Source: an uncultured bacterium
Lineage (GTDB): Bacteria > Patescibacteriota > Minisyncoccia > Moranbacterales > GWC2-37-73
Direction of reading: 5' to 3'
Assembly (NCBI GenBank): GCA_903861715.1
Contig: CAIOVI010000052.1
Location: 1 to 62,984 of the forward strand
Length of the DNA stretch: 62,984 bases
A program made the translations under genes and the position numbers. A model generated the notes under the pieces. The model worked only from the letters and a program-made list of their open reading frames with translations, searched no databases and was not told where the DNA came from. This document shows positions 18,443 through 27,154 of this stretch, in pieces. How positions within the stretch are numbered: the stretch's first letter is position 1; each line of letters opens with the position of its first letter.

Positions 18443-18520
18443 TGGGTTCACAATTCTAGCCTCAACCAAACACGACACCCTTGTTTCAAATAATAAGGGT
18501 GTCATTTCAAAGGAAAAAAC

Positions 18521-19081
18521 ATGAAAAGATTTTTTATGGGGATCGTGGGAATGCTATTTCTCATGATTACATTGAATGGTTGCGCAAAACAGTCAGAACA
18601 ACCACAGACTGCCGATGAGACACAGCGCATTCAACAGGAGAAGATCCTTCAGGAGAGTGTCGCTCAGGTCAGCATGCCAGCCATTAAAAATTTCCGCGAA
18701 AAAAAGATTCTCAAGGACATCATCGAGCTATGCGATCAGGATGGCCTTGTAACGTACACTTATCTGGAGAATATGAATCCGGTTATTGTACATGGCAATA
18801 CTTCACTTGGCGGGAAACTGACATTTCTTGGGCAAACAATCGGTTATGGTATCCCGTATGCAACACAGTTTACAAGTCCTCAGCGAATAGCCAACTATGA
18901 TGAGCTGAACTATCGTGGAGATAATCCTGTCGTGCCACAGGCTGATCCGAATGGCCTTTTCAAACCAGCGAGTGCTGAAGGTACCTGGATTTTAATGCTT
19001 GATCCTGTGAAAAAGAAAGTATCGCCACAGTATATCGAACCGCGAATCGTCACCATGACGTACAAATTACCGGTCGATTAA
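18521..19081 (+). CDS. Putative lipoprotein (islet gene 3, paralog)
   Basis: Lipobox TLNGC. Blocks shared with gene 2: MPAIKNFREKKILKDI, DQDGLVTYTY, FLGQTIGYGIPYATQ, PQADPNGLF, ASAEGTW, YIEPRIV. Confidence 0.7.
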   Translation: MKRFFMGIVGMLFLMITLNGCAKQSEQPQTADETQRIQQEKILQESVAQVSMPAIKNFREKKILKDIIELCDQDGLVTYTYLENMNPVIVHGNTSLGGKLTFLGQTIGYGIPYATQFTSPQRIANYDELNYRGDNPVVPQADPNGLFKPASAEGTWILMLDPVKKKVSPQYIEPRIVTMTYKLPVD

Positions 19082-19156
19082 ACCCAAAAGGGCTCAAATC
19101 TAACGATGCGAGCCCTTAACCATTTTCACTCACACAAAAACCAAGAAGGATTAACA

Positions 19157-19420
19157 ATGACGACTTTAGAAATCAAAGAGCTGATTAATATGCTCGTAAA
19201 GCAGAGCATCCAAAGCAACAAAGCATTCGCTCTTGCCTACTTTTCCCTTTTTTGCTTCTCAGCAACATTTCATTTTTTTGCAATCTCTGCAAATTGGGTT
19301 TCATCCAGTAACAGCTGGCCGATTATCCCCGCTGAAATCGCCTTTCTTTCAGGTAGTCTTCTGTCTTTTGTGCACATGCGACAGTGGATTCGAACTTTGA
19401 AAAAAATTAAAAAAAGCTGA
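19157..19420 (+). CDS. Hypothetical small membrane protein (islet gene 4)
   Basis: RBS aagaagga precedes the ATG at 19157. Two hydrophobic segments are present. The ORF-track ORF starts at 19106. Confidence 0.5.
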   Translation: MTTLEIKELINMLVKQSIQSNKAFALAYFSLFCFSATFHFFAISANWVSSSNSWPIIPAEIAFLSGSLLSFVHMRQWIRTLKKIKKS

Positions 19421-19834
19421 GTCATCCTATTGTTCAACTTAAAAACCACAAACCCAAAAGGGCTCTCATCATTATCATTTGATGTGGAGCCCTTTAACCT
19501 TTTTATAGGGCAAAATGCCAGAAGATAATTTTTAAATTCCCTCTTTTCCAAAACTATGCTACAATCAAATTACTAAAATATCTTGCAAAACCCAATGGCT
19601 GAGTCCCTGGGGGATGAAGATACTAAAACCATGAAACCAATTGATTCTATCATTATTACTGTGCGTATTTTATAGCCCGCTATTTATAGTGTGGTTTTTT
19701 AATTTTCAATTTTAAATTTAAAATTTTTAAACAATTCTCAAATATCAAATTTTAAAATTTTTAATTTCAGCCAAGGGCTGATCCGCCTAGGGCGGACATT
19801 TCAAATTTCAAATTAAAAATTTCAAATTAATTTT

Positions 19835-22800
19835 ATGAAATATACTCATCTCCACGTTCACTCCCACTATTCCCTGCTTGACGGTTTGGGAAAGATTGAC
19901 GATTTGATGGATCGAGCCAAGGAGCTAGGCATGGATTCCATTGCATTGACTGATCACGGCGTGATGTATGGCGCGGTGGAACTTTTCATCAAGGCCAAAG
20001 AAAAAGGTATCAAACCAATCATCGGTTGTGAGATGTATATCACCCCCAACGATTTGCACAGCAAAAACCCGATTGCAGAAGATCGCAAACGTCATCACTT
20101 GATTTTGTTGGTCAAAAACGAAGAAGGCTATCACAATTTGATGAAACTGGTTTCCATCGCGCACTTGGAAGGCTTTTACTACAAACCGCGCATTGACCGC
20201 AAAGTTCTGCGCCAATATGCCAAAGGCCTCATCGGGCTTTCCGCTTGTGTGGAAGGAGAAATTCCTTCGCAAATTGTGATGGGAAATTATGACAAAGCCA
20301 AGGAATTGGCTTTGGAATATCAGGATATTTTTGACAAAGATGGTTTCTTCTTGGAAGTGCAAAGTCACACCAAATTTTCCAATCAGGCCATTGCTAACGA
20401 AGGAATTTTCAAACTTGGGAAAGAGCTGAACATCCCAGTGGTGGCCACTTGCGACGTGCACTATGTCAACAAAGAAGATGCTAGCGCCCAAGATATCTTG
20501 CTTTGCGTGCAAACCAACCGCAAAGTTGATGAAATTGATCGCATGAATTTGATGGATTTTGATTTGTCTCTGCGCTCTCCCGAGGAAGTCTTGGCCGGTT
20601 TTCCTGACCATCCAGAAGTCCTTGCCAACACCCAGCTTGTGGTTGATCAATGCGATTTCAAACTCAAGATGGGCGAAACTCAACTGCCACATTTTGATGT
20701 GCCAGCAGGACACACTGCGATGACATATTTGATGGAACTTTGCAACAAGGGTTTGGAGAAAAAATACAAATCAGAAGAAATCACCAATGTTCATCGAGAC
20801 CGCATGGCCTATGAACTTTCCGTGATTGAAAAATGCGGCTATGCGTCTTACTTTTTGATCGTGCAAGATTTCGTCAATTGGGCCAAAGACAATGGCATTG
20901 TGGTTGGCCCAGGTCGCGGCAGCGCGGCTGGCAGTTTTGTTTCCTATCTCACTGGCATAACCAACGTTGACCCGATTGAATACAATTTGCTCTTTGAAAG
21001 ATTTCTCAATCCAGAAAGAGTCTCTATGCCCGATGTCGACATGGACTTTGCTGACAACCGTCGCGACGACGTGCTCAACTATGTCCGTCAAAAATATGGC
21101 AACGATCACGTTTCTCAAATCATCACCTTTGGAACCATGGCCGCCCGAGCCGCCATCCGTGACACTGGCCGCGCTCTCGGCTATCCTTATGATTTTTGCA
21201 ACAAGACTTCGCAAATGATTCCGATGTTCACTTCCATCAAAAAAGCCACCGAAGAAGTGCCGGAATTCAAAGAACTTTATCATAATAATAAGGAAGCCAA
21301 AAAATTGATTGACAGCGCCATGCGTTTGGAAGGTGTCATCCGTCACGCCGGCATGCATGCTTGCGGCGTGGTGATCACCAAGGAGCCCGTGACTTTTTAT
21401 TCCCCTATCCAAAACATCACTGGCTCGCGTGAAGGCACAGTGACCCAATATTCCTCTTCAACCAAATCTTCCTATGTGGAAAAAATTGGCCTGCTCAAGA
21501 TGGATTTTCTGGGACTCAAAAATCTCACCATCATCCAAGACACCTTGCGAATCGCCAAAAAAATCCACGGCGTGGAAATTGACATTGACACCATCCCAAT
21601 TGATGATCCGCAAACTTTCCATCTTTTGCAAGAAGGTCACACCACCGGCGTTTTTCAATTTGAAAGTTCCGGCATGAAAAGATATTTGAAACTTTTGAAG
21701 CCGACTGTGATTGAAGACATTATTGCCATGGTGGCGCTTTATCGCCCAGGACCAATGGATTGGATTCCAGATTTCATTTCTGGCAAACACGGGCGCAAAA
21801 TCAAATATGTCCATCCAAAATTGGAACCTATTTTGGCCAACACTTATGGCGTGGCGGTTTATCAAGAACAAGTGATGCAAATCGCCCGCGATTTGGCCGG
21901 GTTCACGATGGGCGAAGCCGATGTGCTGCGCAAAGCGATGGGCAAGAAAATTATGGAACTCATTCAGGAGCAAAAAATTAAATTCGTGGAAGGTTGCATC
22001 GCCAATGGGAGCACTAAGGCTATTGGAGAAAAAGTTTTTTCTTTCATTGAACCGTTTGCTGGCTATGGCTTTAATCGCTCCCACGCCGCTTGCTATGGCA
22101 TTATCGGCTATCAAACAGCTTATCTCAAAGCCCACTACCCAGCCGCTTTCATGGCCGCCCTACTGACTTCTGACCAAGACAACATTGATCGCATCGCCAT
22201 CGAAGCCAGCGAGTGCCGCGAAATGGGCATCGAAGTTTTGGCGCCAAACATCAACGAAAGTTTTGAAGATTTTGCGGTGATTACAGAAGAAAATGGTTCT
22301 CAAAGAATTCGTTTTGGATTTAATGCCATCAAAAATGTGGGGCACATGATTGCTCACGAAATTGTGGCTGAACGCAAACGAGGCGGAAAATTCAAATCCC
22401 TGGCTGATTTTCTTGAGCGTGTGCAAACCAAAGATCTCAACAAAAAATCCATCGAGGCCCTGGCCAAAGTTGGCGCCTTGGATGAACTTGGAGAAAGAAA
22501 TCAAATCGTGGAAAGCATTGAACAAATTTTGCTTTTCACCAAAAATATTCAGAAACAAAAAAACTCCAACCAAGTCAGCCTCTTTGGCGAAGCAATTTTG
22601 GAAACTCCAATTGTGCCATTGCTTGAAGCTGAGCCAGCCAGCAAGCGTCAACAACTCAAATGGGAAAAAGAATTGCTAGGTCTTTATGTCAGCGGTCATC
22701 CCGCCAGTGAATATCAAAGCTACATTGAAAAAGTGGCCGTGCCCTTGGACAAACTTTCCAAAGAAATGGTTGGCCAAAAAATTGCCGTCGGTGGCGTCAT

Positions 22801-23455
22801 TCAAAAAGTGCAAAAGATCCTGACCAAGCGCCAAGAGACGATGCTTTTTGTGATGCTGGAAGACATGAAAGGTAAAATCGAAATTTTGGTTTTCCCAAAA
22901 GTGTTGGAAAAAATGGCCAGCGCCTGGGAAGAAGAAAAAATGATTATTGCCGAAGGAAAACTTTCCGACAAAGATGGCGCCTACAAACTCATTTGCGATG
23001 AAGTCCGCAATCTTGACCGCAGCGAAATCGAAAACTATCTGCGAGTTGAAGCCACCAAAAAAACCTACGGCCAAAACAATGACGATCACCAAAATCCTTC
23101 TGGCGGAGCAGGCAGGATAAATGATCAACAATCAACATACAATAACCAAAATTCAACAGACAACAATCAGCGAACAATGAACAACAGTCAGGATACAAAC
23201 TATAACTCCTATGAAGCTAAAAAGCTAACGCCTGAAAAGCTGACCAAGCTAATAGTGACCCTTCCTCAAGATGCTAATTCGGAAATGATCAGCAAGCTTT
23301 CTCAAACTTTCAACACCTGCCCAGCCGGACAGTGCAAAGTTTTCCTCCATCACCAAGCCAACAAGCTTGAAACGCCTTTTTCTATCGAAAGCCAACCGAA
23401 CGTGCTCGATGAAATAAAAGACATCATCGCCGGAGGGACGGTGGAATTAATATAG
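19835..23455 (+). CDS. dnaE: DNA polymerase III alpha subunit
   Basis: PHP domain HLHVHSHYSLLDG, polymerase core and OB fold. An N/Q-rich tract plus ~80 extra C-terminal residues follow. Confidence 0.95.
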   Translation: MKYTHLHVHSHYSLLDGLGKIDDLMDRAKELGMDSIALTDHGVMYGAVELFIKAKEKGIKPIIGCEMYITPNDLHSKNPIAEDRKRHHLILLVKNEEGYHNLMKLVSIAHLEGFYYKPRIDRKVLRQYAKGLIGLSACVEGEIPSQIVMGNYDKAKELALEYQDIFDKDGFFLEVQSHTKFSNQAIANEGIFKLGKELNIPVVATCDVHYVNKEDASAQDILLCVQTNRKVDEIDRMNLMDFDLSLRSPEEVLAGFPDHPEVLANTQLVVDQCDFKLKMGETQLPHFDVPAGHTAMTYLMELCNKGLEKKYKSEEITNVHRDRMAYELSVIEKCGYASYFLIVQDFVNWAKDNGIVVGPGRGSAAGSFVSYLTGITNVDPIEYNLLFERFLNPERVSMPDVDMDFADNRRDDVLNYVRQKYGNDHVSQIITFGTMAARAAIRDTGRALGYPYDFCNKTSQMIPMFTSIKKATEEVPEFKELYHNNKEAKKLIDSAMRLEGVIRHAGMHACGVVITKEPVTFYSPIQNITGSREGTVTQYSSSTKSSYVEKIGLLKMDFLGLKNLTIIQDTLRIAKKIHGVEIDIDTIPIDDPQTFHLLQEGHTTGVFQFESSGMKRYLKLLKPTVIEDIIAMVALYRPGPMDWIPDFISGKHGRKIKYVHPKLEPILANTYGVAVYQEQVMQIARDLAGFTMGEADVLRKAMGKKIMELIQEQKIKFVEGCIANGSTKAIGEKVFSFIEPFAGYGFNRSHAACYGIIGYQTAYLKAHYPAAFMAALLTSDQDNIDRIAIEASECREMGIEVLAPNINESFEDFAVITEENGSQRIRFGFNAIKNVGHMIAHEIVAERKRGGKFKSLADFLERVQTKDLNKKSIEALAKVGALDELGERNQIVESIEQILLFTKNIQKQKNSNQVSLFGEAILETPIVPLLEAEPASKRQQLKWEKELLGLYVSGHPASEYQSYIEKVAVPLDKLSKEMVGQKIAVGGVIQKVQKILTKRQETMLFVMLEDMKGKIEILVFPKVLEKMASAWEEEKMIIAEGKLSDKDGAYKLICDEVRNLDRSEIENYLRVEATKKTYGQNNDDHQNPSGGAGRINDQQSTYNNQNSTDNNQRTMNNSQDTNYNSYEAKKLTPEKLTKLIVTLPQDANSEMISKLSQTFNTCPAGQCKVFLHHQANKLETPFSIESQPNVLDEIKDIIAGGTVELI

Positions 23456-23526
23456 CAGAATCATAGGATATAGAACAAAAAAAACCGCCTTATGATAGAC
23501 ACAAGACGATTTAAGCTAAATGCTTT

Positions 23527-24042
23527 TTAAAGAAACTGGCTGTCAAAGTTTAAATGTAAACCAGTTAGCCAGTAAATAAAGACTTTTAATGTGAAGTAGC
23601 TCCCACGATTAAGTCCCTCAGTAGCCACTTCTCCTTTTTCAACTCTGCTTTTTTTACTTGTTTTAAGTTTTTGAACACGCAGAATGTAACATTTTCCCAC
23701 GCAAGGCTCTTCCTCATCAATGATTCTGCTTAAAACTTTCAGCAGATTTTCATAATGCGCATCCTCATTATTTAAACATTTCTTTCTAATTGCATTAAAA
23801 AGCATGCGATTGGGAGGAGCGCAGATTACCCACGAAAATTCAGGACTAGCCCTTGGAACCAAATTGTGTTTTGAGAATGTAACAAAAACACCGATCTCCT
23901 CGTAAAAAAGTTCCCAAAAAGCTAGCCATTCCCATATTGGCAATTCATGCAACCTTTTTTCAGTAAGCTTACCTTGTTCTTTAAATTCTTGATACAGTTT
24001 TTTCTTGTTAACTTTTTCCAAAAATAATTGACGATGCGGCAT
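23527..24042 (-). CDS. Hypothetical protein, 'MPH' paralog A (171 aa)
   Basis: It begins MPHRQLF. It shares YILR and IYWLTGLHLNFD blocks with the neighbouring gene. Confidence 0.6.
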   Translation of the reverse strand: MPHRQLFLEKVNKKKLYQEFKEQGKLTEKRLHELPIWEWLAFWELFYEEIGVFVTFSKHNLVPRASPEFSWVICAPPNRMLFNAIRKKCLNNEDAHYENLLKVLSRIIDEEEPCVGKCYILRVQKLKTSKKSRVEKGEVATEGLNRGSYFTLKVFIYWLTGLHLNFDSQFL

Positions 24043-24066
24043 AACAATGTTCTCCCCTTTTAGTTT

Positions 24067-24693
24067 TCAATATTTGCAAATAATTTCTCGCGTGCGAAAA
24101 AGACTTAAATCCCCAAAAGTAGCAAAATTACAACTACAAACCTTGGAATTCAGACAGTCTAAAATCATGTAATTACCTCTTGAATCCAGGGATCTGGTCA
24201 CAATCATTGTATCTTGATCTAACTTTAAACTGGTAAGCCAATGATAGAATAACCAGATAATTTGAGCTTCCAAAAAAGTCACCAGCTGGGAATGACGATT
24301 TTTAACATATTTTTCTGAATGAATTTCTTTAGATGCAATTGAGGTTCGCAAAATGTAATTTTTGTCCATCGTGTAGCTTCTTCTTCCATTAAATTTGTCT
24401 AGCTCAATGTCGCCATCAACCATAAAAAATTCCTCCATCTTTTGATACACAATTTCACTTGGAAGTATTTTGTCAGAAGGAACACACACAATGAAATCAT
24501 GATCTGCAGACAAAAGCTTAGCAGAAAAAGAGGCTTTTACGCCAAAAAAAAATTCAAAGAAAATTTCATAAAGTACCAACAATTCCATCTGAGATAATCT
24601 TAGGATATCCTTCAATGGGACTGCTCCAATTTCCAACTTATCTAAAAGTTGTTTTCTGATTTCCTTTTTTGAATTCAATAGCTGATGAGGCAT
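24067..24693 (-). CDS. Hypothetical protein, 'MPH' paralog B (208 aa)
   Basis: It begins MPHQLLN. The matching blocks are YILR and FYHWLTSLKLDQD. Confidence 0.6.
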   Translation of the reverse strand: MPHQLLNSKKEIRKQLLDKLEIGAVPLKDILRLSQMELLVLYEIFFEFFFGVKASFSAKLLSADHDFIVCVPSDKILPSEIVYQKMEEFFMVDGDIELDKFNGRRSYTMDKNYILRTSIASKEIHSEKYVKNRHSQLVTFLEAQIIWLFYHWLTSLKLDQDTMIVTRSLDSRGNYMILDCLNSKVCSCNFATFGDLSLFRTREIICKY

Positions 24694-24792
24694 GGCTATT
24701 TTTCCTTTTTATTTTTTGATTTTTAATGTGCTATTTATAAAAATTCTTCATATTGACTGCAACCGCAACCAATAAGACATTAAACACCCTAA

Positions 24793-24821
24793 TTGCAAAA
24801 TTGTCAATCTTGCCATATAAT
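24793..24821 (+). promoter_or_regulatory. Near-consensus promoter of the thrS leader
   Basis: TTGCAA (24793-24798), 17 nt spacer, TATAAT (24816-24821). Confidence 0.6.
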
Positions 24822-24854
24822 CGAAATAGGCTTATATTAAAAGGACAATTTAAT

Positions 24855-24989
24855 GAGATTGCTGGCCACCAACCGGCTTGCCACCAAGGCAAAAATCTCC
24901 GCTTCAGCAGCTTGCGAACAAGCGCCCAAAGTGCCCAAATAATTCGGGAAATCGAGTGGAACCTCCTTGACGAAAGTCATGGACTCGAT
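24855..24989 (+). promoter_or_regulatory. T-box-like leader RNA (candidate tRNA-Thr-sensing riboswitch)
   Basis: Antiterminator-like fold at 24951-24989: helix atcgag/ctcgat, a 7-nt bulge TGGAACC (24957-24963), then helix tccttgac-GAAA-gtcatgga. A small hairpin gcttg-cgaa-caagc (24910-24923) precedes it. An upstream stem gagat...atctc (24855-24899) contains two ACCA motifs. Confidence 0.5.
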
Positions 24990-25088
24990 GCAGGAAAAGT
25001 TAATTTTCCGCCCTATTTTGTTTGAGGCTTTTTATTTTTATAAACCCCACTAAAATACTAATCTTATACGAATGTACCAACTTGCATT

Positions 25089-25192
25089 TTCTTCCTCCTT
25101 TAGAAAAGGAGGATTGAGGTGGATTTGAAAGATTGACTTAAATAAAGAAAATTTTTCGAATCCCTCCCGACCTCCCTTTTCCAAAGGGAGGA
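25089..25192 (-). repeat. ~105-bp double-hairpin element, copy a
   Basis: cctcctttagaaaaggagg...cctcccttttccaaagggagg. It is related to 29782-29886, 38375-38480 and 38764-38872. Confidence 0.8.
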
Positions 25193-25229
25193 GATGAATC
25201 AATTTGTAGATTCGTAGGTCATCAAAATT

Positions 25230-26990
25230 ATGCAAAACAATGAAAAAAAATCTGAACTATTAAAACATTCTAACGCTCACGTTCTGGCTGGCGCAGTTCT
25301 GGAAATGTTTCCAGAGGCCAAATTGGGCATTGGGCCGGCCATTGAAAATGGTTTCTATTATGATTTTGAATTGCCGCGCACTTTGATTCCGGAAGACTTG
25401 CCGCTCTTGGAAGAAAAAATGCGAGAAATCATTAAAGCAAAACATCAATTTGAAAAAGCGGAAATTTCCATTAGTGAAGCCTTGGAACATTTCAAAAAAG
25501 CTGACCAACCGCTGAAACTGGAACTTATCAGTGACTTGCAAAAAGCTGGCCACGAAACCGTCACGATTTATAAATCAGGGAATTTGGTTGACCTTTGCGC
25601 CGGGCCGCATTTGAATTCAACTGGCGAAATCAATTTCAAAGCTTTCGCGTTGACCAAAATTTCCGGCGCCTATTGGAAAGGCGATGAAAAAAATCAACAA
25701 CTGCAAAGAATTTATGGCGTGGTTTTTGAGGATAAAGAAGGACTCAAGAAATATTTTAACTTGATTGAAGAGGCTGCCAAAAGAGATCATCGCAAACTTG
25801 GCAAAGAATTGGATTTATTTTGCTTTTCAGATTTGGTTGGCCCAGGGCTGCCACTTTTCACTCCCAATGGAACTATCATCAAAGACGAACTGCAAAAACA
25901 CATTGAAAAAGTTTGCCGCAGTTATGGTTTCCAAAAAGTTTCCACTCCTCACCTGGCCAAAATCGAGCTTTATGAAAAATCAGGCCATGCTCAAAAATTC
26001 GGCGCAGAACTTTTTCAAGTGACTTCTCACTACAAACAAAACTATGTGATGAAACCCGTGCAATGTCCTCATCAAACTCAGATTTTTGCTTCCAAAGCTC
26101 GCTCTTATCGCGACCTGCCAATTCGCTATATGGAATCAGAAAAACAATATCGTGATGAAAAACCAGGCGAAATCGGAGGTTTGCAGCGTGTGATTGCTAT
26201 CACTGTTGAAGATGGTCATTCTTTTTGCACCGTTGATCAAGTCAAACAAGAGGTGAAAAACATGGTAGAAATTATTCAAAATTTCTACACTTCACTTGGC
26301 ATGTGGGACAATCACACCGTTTCGCTTTCGGTCAGAGATTATGAGCACCCGGAAAAATATATTGGTCAACCAGAAGATTGGGATCTTTGCGAAAAAATGC
26401 TTCAGGATATTTCCGATGAAATGGGCCTAAAAGCCATCAAACACGAGGGTGAAGCAGCACTTTATGGTCCAAAACTTGATTTCATGTTTCGCGACGCCCT
26501 GGGCAAAGAAATTCAAATTCCAACCGTGCAACTTGATTTTGCCACCCCAAAAAGATTTGATTTGGAATATACAAACAACGAAGGCGAAAAGACACACCCA
26601 GTCATGGTTCATCGCGCTATCCTTGGTTCATATGAAAGATTCATCATGCTTCTGATTGAACATTTTGCCGGCGCCTTTCCGCTCTGGCTCTCCCCTGTCC
26701 AAGTTGCCATTCTGCCTATTTCAGAAAAATTTGCCGAGTATGCGCAAGAAGTGAAAAGCAAACTTTTAGCAGCTGACATCCGCGTCGAAATGAATGACAA
26801 AGCCGAATCCCTTGGAAAAAGAATCTCTGAAACTGAAAAACAGAAAGCGCCCTATATAATCGTAGTTGGCGAAAAAGAAGTTGCCGACAAAACCGTCGCC
26901 ATCCGCACCCGGGCAGTCAAGGAGCAACAAACTTTGCCACTAGATGAATTTGTGGAGAAAATTATAAAAGAGATTATTAGTAAGAAGTAA
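25230..26990 (+). CDS. thrS: Threonine--tRNA ligase (lacks an N-terminal TGS domain)
   Basis: SNAHVLAGAVLEMFPEAKLGIGPAIENGFYYDF, the class II core and an anticodon-binding domain. The protein is 586 aa. Confidence 0.95.
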   Translation: MQNNEKKSELLKHSNAHVLAGAVLEMFPEAKLGIGPAIENGFYYDFELPRTLIPEDLPLLEEKMREIIKAKHQFEKAEISISEALEHFKKADQPLKLELISDLQKAGHETVTIYKSGNLVDLCAGPHLNSTGEINFKAFALTKISGAYWKGDEKNQQLQRIYGVVFEDKEGLKKYFNLIEEAAKRDHRKLGKELDLFCFSDLVGPGLPLFTPNGTIIKDELQKHIEKVCRSYGFQKVSTPHLAKIELYEKSGHAQKFGAELFQVTSHYKQNYVMKPVQCPHQTQIFASKARSYRDLPIRYMESEKQYRDEKPGEIGGLQRVIAITVEDGHSFCTVDQVKQEVKNMVEIIQNFYTSLGMWDNHTVSLSVRDYEHPEKYIGQPEDWDLCEKMLQDISDEMGLKAIKHEGEAALYGPKLDFMFRDALGKEIQIPTVQLDFATPKRFDLEYTNNEGEKTHPVMVHRAILGSYERFIMLLIEHFAGAFPLWLSPVQVAILPISEKFAEYAQEVKSKLLAADIRVEMNDKAESLGKRISETEKQKAPYIIVVGEKEVADKTVAIRTRAVKEQQTLPLDEFVEKIIKEIISKK

Positions 26991-27022
26991 GAAATAAAAG
27001 GCATTGTAAGTGGGGCTACTCC

Positions 27023-27116
27023 GTCTTTGCGAGGATGTAATCATCCGAAGCAATCCAGAGCAATGCCAAGCCCTGGATCGCCACAGATTTTCGAGTACAA
27101 AAATCTTCGCGATGAC
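27023..27116 (-). repeat. 94-bp palindromic element, copy 3 (intergenic)
   Basis: gtctttgcgaggatgtaatcatccgaagcaatccag...ctggatcgccac...cttcgcgatgac. Confidence 0.85.
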
Positions 27117-27154
27117 AAAGTTTTTCAAATTTTCAAACTTATTTCCAATATCTT

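Noticed and set aside
19925-23131. Long antisense ORFs inside dnaE (for example 19925-20713, 20771-21448, 21458-22135, 22160-22654, 22676-23131).
   Set aside because: They lie entirely opposite a well-supported dnaE reading frame. Their translations are low-complexity and F/H/N-rich, with no motifs. They are typical shadow ORFs of an AT-rich gene.
24753-25025. 90-aa plus-strand ORF between the 'MPH' genes and thrS.
   Set aside because: A consensus promoter lies inside it at 24793-24821. The rest coincides with the structured T-box-like leader, and there is no RBS. RNA is the better explanation.
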